Below, piece after piece: positions 8,940 through 19,299 of a stretch of DNA of 64,000 nucleotides (positions within the stretch are counted from its first letter, which is position 1; each line of letters begins with the position of its first letter). The notes below the pieces were generated by a model, which was given only the letters and a program-made list of their open reading frames with translations, was not told the DNA's origin and made no database searches. The translations under genes were made by a program, and so were the position numbers. The DNA lies in the NCBI GenBank assembly GCA_965658725.1, contig CBFHUI010000003.1:2891-66890 (forward strand). The letters run 5' to 3'. The stretch comes from Alphaproteobacteria bacterium (GTDB lineage Bacteria; Pseudomonadota; Alphaproteobacteria; UBA7985).

Positions 8940-9116
8940 GGGTCTGAATCCCTTCAAAAGTCGTGTTTTGTTGCAGCGATGTTGAAGACGTGCGCCGGGG
9001 AGGTGTCAAGCGTAACGCTCTGAAATCTGATGCAACGCCGCTGCCCCTTTCACGCCCCAATTGCTGCTCAGCTTAGCAACATCAAGTAATTTCAACGACC
9101 TAAGTGGAGCTGCACT

Positions 9117-9614
9117 ATGCTTCGGACCCTCTGCGCAGCCGCAATCGCGGTGCTGACAACCCTCTCATTCGCTGTGCCGAGCAGCGCGCTGTCTTGCATG
9201 CCACCGAGCCCGGAAAGCAGCTTTGCCCGCTATCACGCCGCCCCGGAGCTGTATCAGGTCTGGTCGGGCCGCTGGATCCAGACCCAGCCAACGCCAAACC
9301 TTGGTGGCTATGTTGATCCGCTCTCTGAGGCAGCACCAATCCCTGTTCTCTTCTACTTCCGGGGCCGAAGGGTCGGCCCGCAAGGCGCGTTCGGTCGGCT
9401 TCGCACGTTTCCAGTAAAGGTCACGCCGCAGTGCGCTGGGCCGTGGTGTGCAAGCTACCCTGAAGGCGGCGATAAGGCTGTCGCGTTTTTCGAGCGTCCC
9501 GATCACGGTCCCCGCCGGTTTGAAGAAGGCCCCTGCGGCGGTGCATCCTTCCCGCGCACGACAGGGAACATCCAGCGCGTCGCTGCGTGCTTCACCGCCG
9601 GCATGTGCTCCTAA
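9117..9614 (+). CDS. hypothetical exported cysteine-rich protein
   Basis: Clear signal peptide MLRTLCAAAIAVLTTLSFAVPSSALS. Contains 9 Cys. No family recognised. The antisense ORF 9165..9677 is Arg-rich and treated as an artefact. Confidence 0.5.
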   Translation: MLRTLCAAAIAVLTTLSFAVPSSALSCMPPSPESSFARYHAAPELYQVWSGRWIQTQPTPNLGGYVDPLSEAAPIPVLFYFRGRRVGPQGAFGRLRTFPVKVTPQCAGPWCASYPEGGDKAVAFFERPDHGPRRFEEGPCGGASFPRTTGNIQRVAACFTAGMCS

Positions 9615-9698
9615 CCACTTCAAACAAACCCGCCAGCCTCGCTTGATCTGACAGAGCCACAGTCCTACCCTCTGCACACCTAAGGGAGAGGGGCATAT

Positions 9699-11339
9699 AT
9701 GGCCGGAGCCAAGGCAGCGTCAGCGGCTGTGAAAACGGACGCGGACTTTGATTTTGTGATCGTCGGAGGCGGGACCGCCGGGTGCTTGCTCGCCAACCGT
9801 CTTTCTGCCGATCCGGATGTGAACGTCCTGCTGATCGAAGCGGGCGGCAGTGACCGGCGTTTCTGGGTCAACGTGCCGGTGGGCTACCTCTACAACATGG
9901 GCAACCCGGCGGTGGACTGGTGCTACAAAACCGAAGCTGACCCGGGACTGAATGGCCGCGCCCTCAATTACCCCCGCGGCAAAGTGCTCGGCGGTTGTTC
10001 GTCGATCAACGGCATGATCTACATGCGGGGCCAGGCGGCGGACTATGATAATTGGCGGCAGATGGGAAACGCCGGCTGGGGCTGGGATGATATTCTTCCC
10101 TACTTCAAGAAGAGCGAGAACCACTTCGACGGCGAGAGCGAGCAACACGGCGGCTCGGGCGAGTGGAACGTCGCTCAGCAGCGCCTGAGCTGGGAAATTC
10201 TCGAAGCCTTTGCCAATGCCTGTGAGCAAGCCGGCATTCGCCGCATCCCCGACTTCAACACGGGCGATAATGAAGGCGTATCCTACTTTCAAGTGAACCA
10301 GAAAGACGGCCTGCGTTGGAACACGGCGAAAGCCTTTTTGCGCCCGGCCATGCAGCGCAGCAACCTGACTGTCTGGACCCACACGCAAACCGAACGCATC
10401 CTGTTCGAAGGCCGACAGGCGCGTGCGCTGGTGGTGCATTCGCGGGGCGGAGAAGCCCGGACCGTGGGTGCGCGCCGGGAGATTATTCTATCCGCTGGCT
10501 CGATTGGGTCGCCGCAGATCCTCGAACTCTCCGGCATCGGTCAGACGGACCGGCTCAAAGCGCTGGGGATCGACGCGGTGCACGATCTGCCCGGCGTGGG
10601 TGAGAACCTTGCCGATCACTTGCAGGTGCGCGCGGCGTTCAAGGTGTCCGGCGTGAAGACGCTGAACACCATGAGCAACTCGCTGATGGGCCGGGCGGGG
10701 ATGGGGCTGGATTTTGTGTTGCGCCGCCGCGGACCGCTGACCATGGCGCCCAGCCAGCTTGGGGTTTTTTGTAAGTCCGATCCGAGCCGTGAGACAGCGA
10801 ACCTGCAGTACCACGTCCAGCCGCTTTCGCTGGATGCTTTTGGCGAGCCGCTGCACAGCTTCGATGCCTTTACCGCCTCCGTCTGTAACCTGCGCCCGGA
10901 AAGCCGGGGCAGCGTGCACGTGCGCTCGGGCAGCTTCCGTGACGCGCCCGCGATTGCCCCAAATTACCTGTCCGCACCCGCCGACCGGAAGGTCGCTGCT
11001 GACGCCCTACGCCTGACCCGCTCGATCGTCGCACAATCGGCGCTGGATCCATACAAGCCCGAAGAGTTCCGGCCCGGCCCGGATATCAATCTCGACGAAG
11101 ACCTCGCAACGGCAGCGGGCGACATCTCCACCACGATTTTCCACCCCGTCGGCACCTGTAAAATGGGGCAGGATCAGCGCGCAGTGGTGGACAGTCATCT
11201 AATGGTGCATGGCCTTACGGGCTTGCGCGTTGTTGATGCGTCGGTCATGCCGTCCATCACATCGGGAAACACCAACTCGCCCACGCTGATGATCGCGGAA
11301 AAGGCCGCTGATCTGATTGCGCAGGCTTGGAAGCACTAG
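9699..11339 (+). CDS. GMC-family FAD oxidoreductase (choline dehydrogenase BetA-like / alcohol dehydrogenase)
   Basis: DFVIVGGGTAGCLLANRLS is the N-terminal FAD-binding motif. A C-terminal GMC His/Asn active-site region is present. Length 546 aa. Confidence 0.85.
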   Translation: MAGAKAASAAVKTDADFDFVIVGGGTAGCLLANRLSADPDVNVLLIEAGGSDRRFWVNVPVGYLYNMGNPAVDWCYKTEADPGLNGRALNYPRGKVLGGCSSINGMIYMRGQAADYDNWRQMGNAGWGWDDILPYFKKSENHFDGESEQHGGSGEWNVAQQRLSWEILEAFANACEQAGIRRIPDFNTGDNEGVSYFQVNQKDGLRWNTAKAFLRPAMQRSNLTVWTHTQTERILFEGRQARALVVHSRGGEARTVGARREIILSAGSIGSPQILELSGIGQTDRLKALGIDAVHDLPGVGENLADHLQVRAAFKVSGVKTLNTMSNSLMGRAGMGLDFVLRRRGPLTMAPSQLGVFCKSDPSRETANLQYHVQPLSLDAFGEPLHSFDAFTASVCNLRPESRGSVHVRSGSFRDAPAIAPNYLSAPADRKVAADALRLTRSIVAQSALDPYKPEEFRPGPDINLDEDLATAAGDISTTIFHPVGTCKMGQDQRAVVDSHLMVHGLTGLRVVDASVMPSITSGNTNSPTLMIAEKAADLIAQAWKH

Positions 11340-11351
11340 GGAGCCGCCACC

Positions 11352-12422
11352 ATGACCGACGACACCGTTGTCCTGTTCGAAGAGCGCAAGGCCGCGAATG
11401 GCTACGTGGGCCGTGCCACGTTGAACCGGCCGGGTAAGCTCAACACTCTCACCACCGAAATGATCGCCCTGCTGCATCGCCAGTTTGAAGCCTGGGCCGA
11501 GGATGAGAACTGCAAGGCGGTCTTCCTCGATGGCGCAGGTGAAAAGGGCTTCTGCGCGGGCGGTGACGTGGTTGCTGTGACCACCGACCCTTCCCCGGAC
11601 ATGGCCGTGGGGCGCACGTTCTTTTCGACCGAGTATGACCTGAACTTCTTCATGCACACCTTCCCAAAGCCTCTGCTTGTCTGGGGCGGCGGGATCTGCA
11701 TGGGCGGGGGGTTTGGCCTGCTTCAGGGCTCATCGACGCGGATTGTGACCGATAGCTCGCGGCTTGCTATGCCCGAGTGCGCGATTGGTTTTCACCCGGA
11801 CGTGGGCGGTTCGTGGTTCCTGCAGCGCGTCTCCAAGCCCATGGGTGAGATCATCGCCATTACCGGCGTGCACTTCAGCGGCGCAGATGCGGTTGAACTG
11901 GGGCTGGCAGACGTTCTCGTCTCCAACGACAGCAAGGACGCCGTCCTTGCCGCGCTGGAAGCGGTAGAGTGGAGCGCGCACGCCCGCGCGAACAAGGCTT
12001 TCGCCGAAGCCGCGGTGCGCAGCGTCGCGCAACAAACGCCGCCAACCGTCACTTACAAGCTCATGCCGCACCGTGCGCGTTTGGCCGCGTGTGTCGAGAC
12101 CCCGTACTTTCAGGAGCGTTTCGACAACCTCGTCGCGCTCAAGGACAGCGATGACCCCTTCCTTGCACGCGTTGGGGAGGGTACCTCTCACGGCTCCCCG
12201 GGTTCGGCATTTGCCGTCATGTCGTTCTTTGCGCGGGTCAAGCACGCGGGGCTGCGTGAGTGTCTGGATGCGGAGCTCCAGCTGTCGCTGAACATGCTGG
12301 AGCATGGTGATTTCCGCGAAGGCGTTCGGGCGCTGCTGGTCGATAAAGATCGCAACCCGCAGTGGGCTTTTGACGCGATTGGCAAGATTGATCTGGATTG
12401 GATCGGCAAGGTCTTGCCCTGA
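11352..12422 (+). CDS. enoyl-CoA hydratase/isomerase family, 3-hydroxyisobutyryl-CoA hydrolase-like
   Basis: Crotonase fold with AVFLDGAGEKGFCAGGDV. The ~356 aa length and C-terminal extension are typical of HIBCH-type hydrolases. Confidence 0.8.
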   Translation: MTDDTVVLFEERKAANGYVGRATLNRPGKLNTLTTEMIALLHRQFEAWAEDENCKAVFLDGAGEKGFCAGGDVVAVTTDPSPDMAVGRTFFSTEYDLNFFMHTFPKPLLVWGGGICMGGGFGLLQGSSTRIVTDSSRLAMPECAIGFHPDVGGSWFLQRVSKPMGEIIAITGVHFSGADAVELGLADVLVSNDSKDAVLAALEAVEWSAHARANKAFAEAAVRSVAQQTPPTVTYKLMPHRARLAACVETPYFQERFDNLVALKDSDDPFLARVGEGTSHGSPGSAFAVMSFFARVKHAGLRECLDAELQLSLNMLEHGDFREGVRALLVDKDRNPQWAFDAIGKIDLDWIGKVLP

Positions 12423-12508
12423 TCCATCAGCTGGCAGCCACAAAGAAAAAGCCCCTGCACCAAAGCGGCGCAGGGGCTTTTTTGTCGTCAGTCAGAGGGC
12501 CTGAAGGT

Positions 12509-14146
12509 CTAACCCGCGTCCTGCAAAGCGTCTTTGAACTCGTCACGCAGTTCGGTCTTCAGGATCTTGCCCGTCGCGCCGTGCGGAATCTCGTTCTTGA
12601 ACACAATCAGGTCGGGCATCCACCACTTGGCAATACGCGTGCTGAGGAAGTCGCGAATGCTGTCTTCCGATGGCGGGCTGTCGGGATTTTCCGGGACGAT
12701 GATCAGCACGGGGCGCTCATCCCACTTCGGATGTGCCACGCCAATCACAGCAGCCTCGCCAACACCCGGCGCGCCAACGGCCTCGTTTTCGAGGTCAATC
12801 GAGGAAATCCACTCGCCGCCAGACTTGATCACGTCCTTGGACCGATCCACCAGCTGCAGGAACCCGTCTTCGTCAATGGTCGCGATATCGCCGGTGTAGA
12901 ACCAACCGTCCTTGGTGAAGGCCTTCTCATTGGCGTCGTGGTTGTTGTAGTAGCCTGCGGTAATCCACGGGCCGCGCACAACGAGGTGACCGCGCGCCTT
13001 GCCGTCCTGAGGCTGGGGGACTTCTTCGTCGTCCACGATCTTCATATCCACGCCCCAGACGCGGTGCCCTTGCTTGACCTGCAGGTCGAAGGCCTCTTCA
13101 GCGCTTGCGCTGGCTGCGATGTGGGGTGGCAGGACGCCTGAGGAGCCAAGCGGGCTCATCTCGGTCATGCCCCAGGCGTGCACAACCTTGGTGCCGTAGG
13201 TGTCCTGAAACTCCTGAATCATCGCGCCCGGAGCTGCTGAGCCGCCAATGATGACGTGGCGCAGGCTGTCGAGGTTTCCGGAGACTTCGCGCGTGTGCTT
13301 GAGGAGATTGAGCCAGATCGTTGGTACGCCCGCGGTATTGGTAACTCCTTCGGCGTGGATGAGGTTATAGAGGCTCGCGCCATCCAACCCCGGCCCCGGC
13401 AGGACCAGCTTAGCACCCACCAGCGGCGCATAGTAGGGCTGGCCCCAAGCGTTCACGTGGAACATCGGCACCACCGGCATCAGCGTCTCGCCCCAGCCTG
13501 TTCCGGTTACAGCCGGCGTGCCGGCCATCAGCGCGTGCAGCACTGTCGAACGGTGCGTGTAGAGCGCGCCCTTGGGGTTGCCCGTTGTACCCGAGGTGTA
13601 ACAGAGGGAAGAGGCGGAGGTTTCATCGAACTCCGGCCATGCATAGTTCCCGTCGAAGCCGCCGATGAAGTCTTCATAGGCGATGACGTCCATGGAGCTT
13701 TCCGGCAGGTTATCCGCCGTGCACAGGGCCACGAGCTTTTCGAGCTTTGGGCAGTTATCGATGATCTTCTCAATCAGCGGCAGGAACATCGGATCGGTCA
13801 GCAGGATCCGGTCCTCGGCGTGGTTGATGATGTAGATCAACTGCTCGGGGAACAGGCGCGGGTTGATGGTGTGTACCACCGCCCCCATACCTGAAACGCC
13901 GTAGTAGGCCTCCAGATGGCGGTGATCGTTCCAAGCCAGCGTGGCAATCCGGTCGGTCTTTTCGATCCCAGCGGACTGCAGCGCCTGGGCCAGTTGCTTG
14001 GCACGGCGGTTGATATCCCGGTAGGTGTGGCGCACCACGCCTTCGCCCGCGACGACCGAAACAACCTCGGAACCACCGTAAACATCCGCGCCGATCTGGA
14101 TCAGCGACGAGATCATCAAGGGCGCATCTTGCATCAGGCCTTTCAT
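12509..14146 (-). CDS. AMP-dependent acyl-CoA synthetase/ligase
   Basis: [16 protein letters not shown]-binding motif. About 545 aa, fatty-acyl/medium-chain CoA ligase-like. Confidence 0.85.
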   Translation of the reverse strand: MKGLMQDAPLMISSLIQIGADVYGGSEVVSVVAGEGVVRHTYRDINRRAKQLAQALQSAGIEKTDRIATLAWNDHRHLEAYYGVSGMGAVVHTINPRLFPEQLIYIINHAEDRILLTDPMFLPLIEKIIDNCPKLEKLVALCTADNLPESSMDVIAYEDFIGGFDGNYAWPEFDETSASSLCYTSGTTGNPKGALYTHRSTVLHALMAGTPAVTGTGWGETLMPVVPMFHVNAWGQPYYAPLVGAKLVLPGPGLDGASLYNLIHAEGVTNTAGVPTIWLNLLKHTREVSGNLDSLRHVIIGGSAAPGAMIQEFQDTYGTKVVHAWGMTEMSPLGSSGVLPPHIAASASAEEAFDLQVKQGHRVWGVDMKIVDDEEVPQPQDGKARGHLVVRGPWITAGYYNNHDANEKAFTKDGWFYTGDIATIDEDGFLQLVDRSKDVIKSGGEWISSIDLENEAVGAPGVGEAAVIGVAHPKWDERPVLIIVPENPDSPPSEDSIRDFLSTRIAKWWMPDLIVFKNEIPHGATGKILKTELRDEFKDALQDAG

Positions 14147-14349
14147 GGCACTCTCCTTAGGTCTCACTTTTCGTCTTCTCCAGACTAGAACACAGCAAAA
14201 GGGCCTTGCGCTCCCCTGAACGAGCCAAGCCTTTGCCGGTCAATCTGGCCTTCGAACGAAGGTGATGTTCTCTCCCAGCGCTTCAACTGAAGCGCACGTG
14301 ATTCAAGTTTGGCGCGGTTCGCAGGCGAGGGCAAGGACAAGTTGCAAAA

Positions 14350-14790
14350 TCAGACTGCGACCAACAGGGGGTCCAACGCCGCGCGAAATGGGGCAGGAAG
14401 CGGGGCCGGGCGGTGGTCCTCTGCACCGACGTACACGTGAACAAAATGCCCTTGTGCAGCCGCGGTCTCGCTGTCGTTCGCAAACAGGCCGACTTCGTAG
14501 CGCACCGAGGACGTACCGATGCGGGTCACACGGATTCCGGCGGTCACTTGGTCAGGAAAAGCGATGGGGGAGAAGAACTGGCACCCCGTTTCCACCACCA
14601 GCCCCACGGTCTCTCCAGCCCGGTAGTCCAGTACGCCTTGCGCCATCAGGTAACCGTTCACAGCCGTGTCAAAGTAAGAGTAGTAAACGACGTTATTCAC
14701 GTGCCCATAAACGTCATTGTCCATCCAGCGCGTGGTGATGGACTGAAAGGTTGGATAGTCGCTGCGGCGATGTGGTTCCTGTCGAGACAT
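14350..14790 (-). CDS. acyl-CoA thioesterase (hotdog fold, YbgC/4HBT-like)
   Basis: WMDNDVYGHVNNVVYYSYFDTA is a hotdog-fold thioesterase signature. Confidence 0.7.
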   Translation of the reverse strand: MSRQEPHRRSDYPTFQSITTRWMDNDVYGHVNNVVYYSYFDTAVNGYLMAQGVLDYRAGETVGLVVETGCQFFSPIAFPDQVTAGIRVTRIGTSSVRYEVGLFANDSETAAAQGHFVHVYVGAEDHRPAPLPAPFRAALDPLLVAV

Positions 14791-14791
14791 G

Positions 14792-15790
14792 CTAGTTCTC
14801 TTCCACAGTCAGGATGATCTTGCCAATGTGGGCGCCGCTTTCCATCAGGGCGTGTGCTGCGCTCGCCTGATCGAGCGGGAAGGTCGCATGGATCACCGGA
14901 CGGATCGCCCCGCTTTCCAGATGCGGCCAGACGTCTTCGATCAGCCCAGCAGCGAGAGCATCTTTCGCGCCCACGGACTGGGGGCGAAGGGTGGAGCCGG
15001 TGAGGGTTTGTCGCTTGACCATGGCTACTGCAGCATTGAAGCCCGCTTCCGTGCCACCTTGGACGGCGATGATTACGAGCCGCCCATCGAGCGCAAGGCA
15101 CTGCTGGCCCTGTGCGATGTAAGGACCGGCAACCATGTCGAGGATGACGTCTGCCCCTGCACCGCCCGTGATCTCCAGAACGCTTTCGTGCCAAGCGGGG
15201 TCAGTGCGGTAATTCAAGGCGAAGTCGGCCCCGAGCGCACGGCAGGCTTCGGCCTTGGCTTCGCTGCCAACCGTAACGATCACTTTCGCTGCACCAAGCG
15301 CTTTGGCCATCTGTATCGCAGTGGTCCCAATGCCGGACGAGCCGCCGTGGATCAGGACTGTTTCACCCGCTCGCATCCGCCCGCGCACGACCATGTTGCC
15401 GTAGACAGTAAAGAACGTCTCTGGCAGCGCAGCCGCCTGCACCGCATTATAGCCGCTGGGCCAGGGCAGGGCGTGTCGCCACGGGACTGCAACGTATTCA
15501 GCGTAGCCGCCACCGGGGCAAAGGGCAGTCAGCGATTGACCGACAAGCGTTTCCGGCACGCCTTCCCCCACGACGTGCACCACGCCTGCCGCCTCCAAAC
15601 CGGGCAGGTCACTCGCCCCCGGCGGCGGGTTGTAGAGGCCCTTGCGCTGGAGCACGTCGGGTCGGTTAATCCCCGCCGCCGAAACCCGGAGTACCAGCTC
15701 ACCCGGGCCCGGCTGGGGTACAGGCCGACGGGCGGGAGTCAGCACGTCGGGCGCGCCTGCTTCGCGAATTTCGATGACTTTGGCTTCCAT
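14792..15790 (-). CDS. qor: NADPH:quinone oxidoreductase (MDR family, Qor-like)
   Basis: GLYNPPPGASDLPGLEAAGVV and EITGGAGADV closely parallel E. coli Qor. It is separated from the thioesterase gene by a single base. Confidence 0.85.
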   Translation of the reverse strand: MEAKVIEIREAGAPDVLTPARRPVPQPGPGELVLRVSAAGINRPDVLQRKGLYNPPPGASDLPGLEAAGVVHVVGEGVPETLVGQSLTALCPGGGYAEYVAVPWRHALPWPSGYNAVQAAALPETFFTVYGNMVVRGRMRAGETVLIHGGSSGIGTTAIQMAKALGAAKVIVTVGSEAKAEACRALGADFALNYRTDPAWHESVLEITGGAGADVILDMVAGPYIAQGQQCLALDGRLVIIAVQGGTEAGFNAAVAMVKRQTLTGSTLRPQSVGAKDALAAGLIEDVWPHLESGAIRPVIHATFPLDQASAAHALMESGAHIGKIILTVEEN

Positions 15791-15878
15791 TCAGGCGCAA
15801 ACCTCTTTCTGCGTGTAAAAATATTATGTGTTTAGGCACTTAGATTGCATGAGATGTGTCATTTGATAGAAAATCACG

Positions 15879-16424
15879 GTGCTCGGCATAATGAAACGGA
15901 TTTTGATTGGCATTTCACTTTTGGCCACAACTTTTCTGGCGGCTTGCGGCCAATCGGTCGGGAACTTGGTGGTCAATCCGAGCGCACCGCGCGGACAGCC
16001 CGTCTTCACGATGTCCGATATTCCCTTCCATCTCAAACCCGACCTGATTGAGCCCTACCGGGATGCGCGACTGGGTGGGGTAGAGATCAATTTATTGCTC
16101 CGCGGGCAGACAGTGGTTTCGCGCTCGATCGATGAGAGCGAAGCGATCCAGTACTCCTACTTCTCCCCAGACGGCCTGCTCGCCATCAACCCCCGTCCGG
16201 GGCGGCTGGTGCTGGGACGCTGGCGGATTGACGGGCGGCAGCTGTGTTATGATCTTGGGCCGGAAGAGTTCTGTTCCTCCGTATTTCGTACCGTGGCCAG
16301 CGCAAACGGCGTCCACATCTACTATTTCGCGCGAATCGGTGAAGGCATCATGCCAACGGTTTTTGTCGACGATATTCAGACCGGTGATACCATTCCGATC
16401 GACCGATTGCCCAAAACCCTCTGA
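15879..16424 (+). CDS. hypothetical lipoprotein
   Basis: Signal peptide with lipobox LAAC (MKRILIGISLLATTFLAACGQ). AT-rich 5' region in a GC-rich context. Confidence 0.5.
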   Translation: MLGIMKRILIGISLLATTFLAACGQSVGNLVVNPSAPRGQPVFTMSDIPFHLKPDLIEPYRDARLGGVEINLLLRGQTVVSRSIDESEAIQYSYFSPDGLLAINPRPGRLVLGRWRIDGRQLCYDLGPEEFCSSVFRTVASANGVHIYYFARIGEGIMPTVFVDDIQTGDTIPIDRLPKTL

Positions 16425-16600
16425 AATCAAACCAGTTTACGCGTGAAACTATCGGGAAAAGGACTTTGAGTATCGGCTCATGGTCCTTTTTTGTTTAGGG
16501 TTGGTATGCGGCTTTGACCATGCCTCCATGATTTGCGAGCGTGGAGCCGATGGGCTATGAAATAGCGCTGTAACAAACGTTTCAATTGGTGGAGAAGACA

Positions 16601-17686
16601 ATGGCTGGCGTACGCTTGGAGAAGGCCGTTAAGGAATACGGCGCAACGCGCGTGATTCATAACGTGGATCTTGAGATCGAAGACGGTGAATTCGCAGTAT
16701 TCGTTGGCCCGTCGGGCTGCGGTAAGTCAACCTTGCTGCGCATGGTCGCCGGTTTGGAAGACATCACCGAAGGCAGCCTGAAAATCGGTGATCAGGAAAT
16801 GAACGAGGTGCCCCCGTCCAAGCGCGGGATCGCAATGGTGTTCCAGTCCTATGCCCTCTACCCCCACCTGACGACCTTCGAAAACATGGCCTTCGGCCTG
16901 CGCCTCGCCAAGCGTCCCAAGGACGAGATCGAAGAGCGCGTGATGCGCGCTGCGGGTATTCTGCAGATCGAAGAGCTGCTTCAGCGTAAGCCAAAGGACA
17001 TGTCCGGTGGTCAGCGCCAGCGGGTCGCGATTGGGCGTGCCATCGTTCGTAACCCCGACGTATTCCTGTTCGACGAGCCGCTCTCCAACCTCGACGCCAA
17101 GCTGCGCGTTCAGATGCGCCAGGAACTCGCTGAGCTGCACTCCCAGCTCAAAACGACCATGATCTACGTAACCCACGATCAGGTCGAGGCCATGACCATG
17201 GCTGACAAGATCGTTGTGCTTCGCGCCGGTCACGTCGAGCAGGTTGGCGCGCCGCTGGACCTCTACCACCGCCCAGCGAACAAGTTCGTAGCGGGCTTCA
17301 TCGGCTCACCGGCCATGAATTTCGTCTCTGGTGTTGTCGCTGAAGGCGGCGACAAGCAGGCGAAGGTGAAGCTGGAGCAAGCGAGCGAAGAGATCATCGT
17401 ACCGCTCGCGCGTCCGGTTCAGTCGGGTGAGAAAATCTCGCTAGGCTTGCGTCCTGAACACACGGCACTGGTCGATAACAGCCCGCTCAAAGGGACAGTC
17501 ACCGTTGTCGAGCGTCTGGGCTCGGTATCCTTTGCTTACATTAAGGTTGGTGACGCGACCTTTACGGTTCAGGCCGAAGGTTCTTCCATCATCAAGCCGG
17601 GCAGCGAAGTTGGCATCGACCTGCCAGCCAACCGTTTGCACATGTTCGGTGCAGACGAAGTCAGCCTGACCGCTGGCACTTCCTGA
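16601..17686 (+). CDS. ugpC: sugar ABC transporter ATP-binding protein (MalK/UgpC family), orphan
   Basis: Walker A GPSGCGKST, signature LSGGQRQRVA, and a C-terminal TOBE regulatory domain. No permease or SBP is adjacent. Confidence 0.9.
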   Translation: MAGVRLEKAVKEYGATRVIHNVDLEIEDGEFAVFVGPSGCGKSTLLRMVAGLEDITEGSLKIGDQEMNEVPPSKRGIAMVFQSYALYPHLTTFENMAFGLRLAKRPKDEIEERVMRAAGILQIEELLQRKPKDMSGGQRQRVAIGRAIVRNPDVFLFDEPLSNLDAKLRVQMRQELAELHSQLKTTMIYVTHDQVEAMTMADKIVVLRAGHVEQVGAPLDLYHRPANKFVAGFIGSPAMNFVSGVVAEGGDKQAKVKLEQASEEIIVPLARPVQSGEKISLGLRPEHTALVDNSPLKGTVTVVERLGSVSFAYIKVGDATFTVQAEGSSIIKPGSEVGIDLPANRLHMFGADEVSLTAGTS

Positions 17687-17810
17687 TCGATCTACCGCGC
17701 CTTTCCGTTTACAGGGCAAGGCGCGGCAGGCCGAACGACAGCAACGGGGCGTTCCCCACCAAGGACGCCCCGCAAAGACAAAGAACCAAAAGAGATAGGG
17801 TCCTCGAAAA

Positions 17811-19289
17811 ATGTCGAAGATCATTGTTGTTGACCCGTTTGACTATGTCGTTTTTGGCGGCACTGGCGACCTTGCCAAACGCAAACTGTTCCCCGCTCTC
17901 TATCATCGCGAGCTGGATGGACAGCTCCCCGATGACGCGCGAATCATTGGCGTTGCCCGTTCCAAGCTGAGCCGTGAAGACTTTCAAGCGCAGGTCGAGG
18001 CCGGACTGCGCGAGTTTGTGCCCGCTTCTGACCTCGACGACGCGCTGATCGCCAAATTCATCGCCCGCTTCGACTATCAGCCTAACGATGCCTTTACTGT
18101 TGATGGGTACAAAACGCTGAAGGCAATGCTGGATGAGCACCCCGACCGGGTCCGCGTGATCTATCTGGCAACCCCGCCGTCGCTCTTTGGTCCTGTTTCT
18201 GCCTTCCTCGCTGAAGTTGGCCTTAATGGGCCGCGGGATCGGCTGGTACTGGAAAAACCGCTTGGCCACGACCTGCCATCGAGCCGTGAGATCAACGCCG
18301 ACGTCGCCAAGGCTTTTGATGAGGCGCAGGTTTACCGGATCGACCACTATTTGGGCAAGGAGTCAGTCCAGAACCTTATGGCGCTGCGCTTTGGCAACGT
18401 GCTGTTCGAGAGCATCTGGTCCAACGCCGTGGTTGATCACGTACAGATCACTGTCGCCGAAGACATCGGCGCCGGCGACCGCGCGGCGTACTACTCCAAA
18501 TCCGGCGCGTTGCGCGACATGGTACAGAATCATCTGGCGCAGCTGCTGTGCCTGACCGCCATGGAAGCGCCTGCGAGCATGGACGCAGACAGCGTGCGCG
18601 ATGAAAAGCTCAAGGTGCTCCGCGCACTCCGTCCCTTCACCGACGCTGACTTGCGCACCGACGTGGTGCGCGGCCAGTACACGGCGGGCTCGATCAACGG
18701 CGAGTCCGTCCCGGCCTAGGCTGATGAACTGGGTGAGCCGACGAAGACGGAAACTTACGTTGCGCTCAAGGCCCATGTTGATAACTGGCGCTGGGCCGGG
18801 GTGCCGTTCTACCTGCGGACAGGGAAGCGTCTGCCAGTGCGGTCGTCGGAGATCGTCATTCGGTTCAAGGCCATCCCACATTCGATCTTCCGCCCCTACA
18901 CCACCGACGAAGCCGTGCCGAACCGGCTGGTCATCCGCCTTCAGCCCGACGAAGGCGTCAGCCTGCGTCTGATGACCAAGGATCCGGGACCGGGTGGCAT
19001 GCGGTTGCGCGCAGCCAGTCTGGATTTGTCGTTCAAAGACGAGTTCGAGCTTGAGCGCTTCCCCGACGCCTACGAACGCCTGTTGCTCGACGTCGTGCGC
19101 GGCAACCGGACCCTGTTCATGCGCCGGGATGAGTTGGAGGCAGCATGGGAGTGGGTCACGCCTATTCTCGACCATTGGGCCAAATCTGACGAAGACCCCA
19201 AGTCTTACCAGTCCGGGAGCTGGGGACCGACTGCTGCTGCCATGATGATGGACCGTGATGGCCGTCATTGGCACGAAGATATGAAATAG
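17811..19289 (+). pseudogene. zwf: glucose-6-phosphate 1-dehydrogenase interrupted by an in-frame TAG at 18717-18719
   Basis: ORFs 17811..18719 and 18801..19289 share one frame. Read-through gives continuous G6PD homology (...[54 protein letters not shown]...). The stop replaces the conserved Tyr of the VP[GA]Y motif. Confidence 0.85.
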
Positions 19290-19299
19290 GGCCTCGCCG

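Noticed and set aside
18720-18800. The 82-bp gap between the two zwf ORFs as an insertion, intein or frameshift.
   Set aside because: The two ORFs are in the same frame and the intervening bases translate into the expected conserved G6PD residues. Only the single TAG is abnormal.
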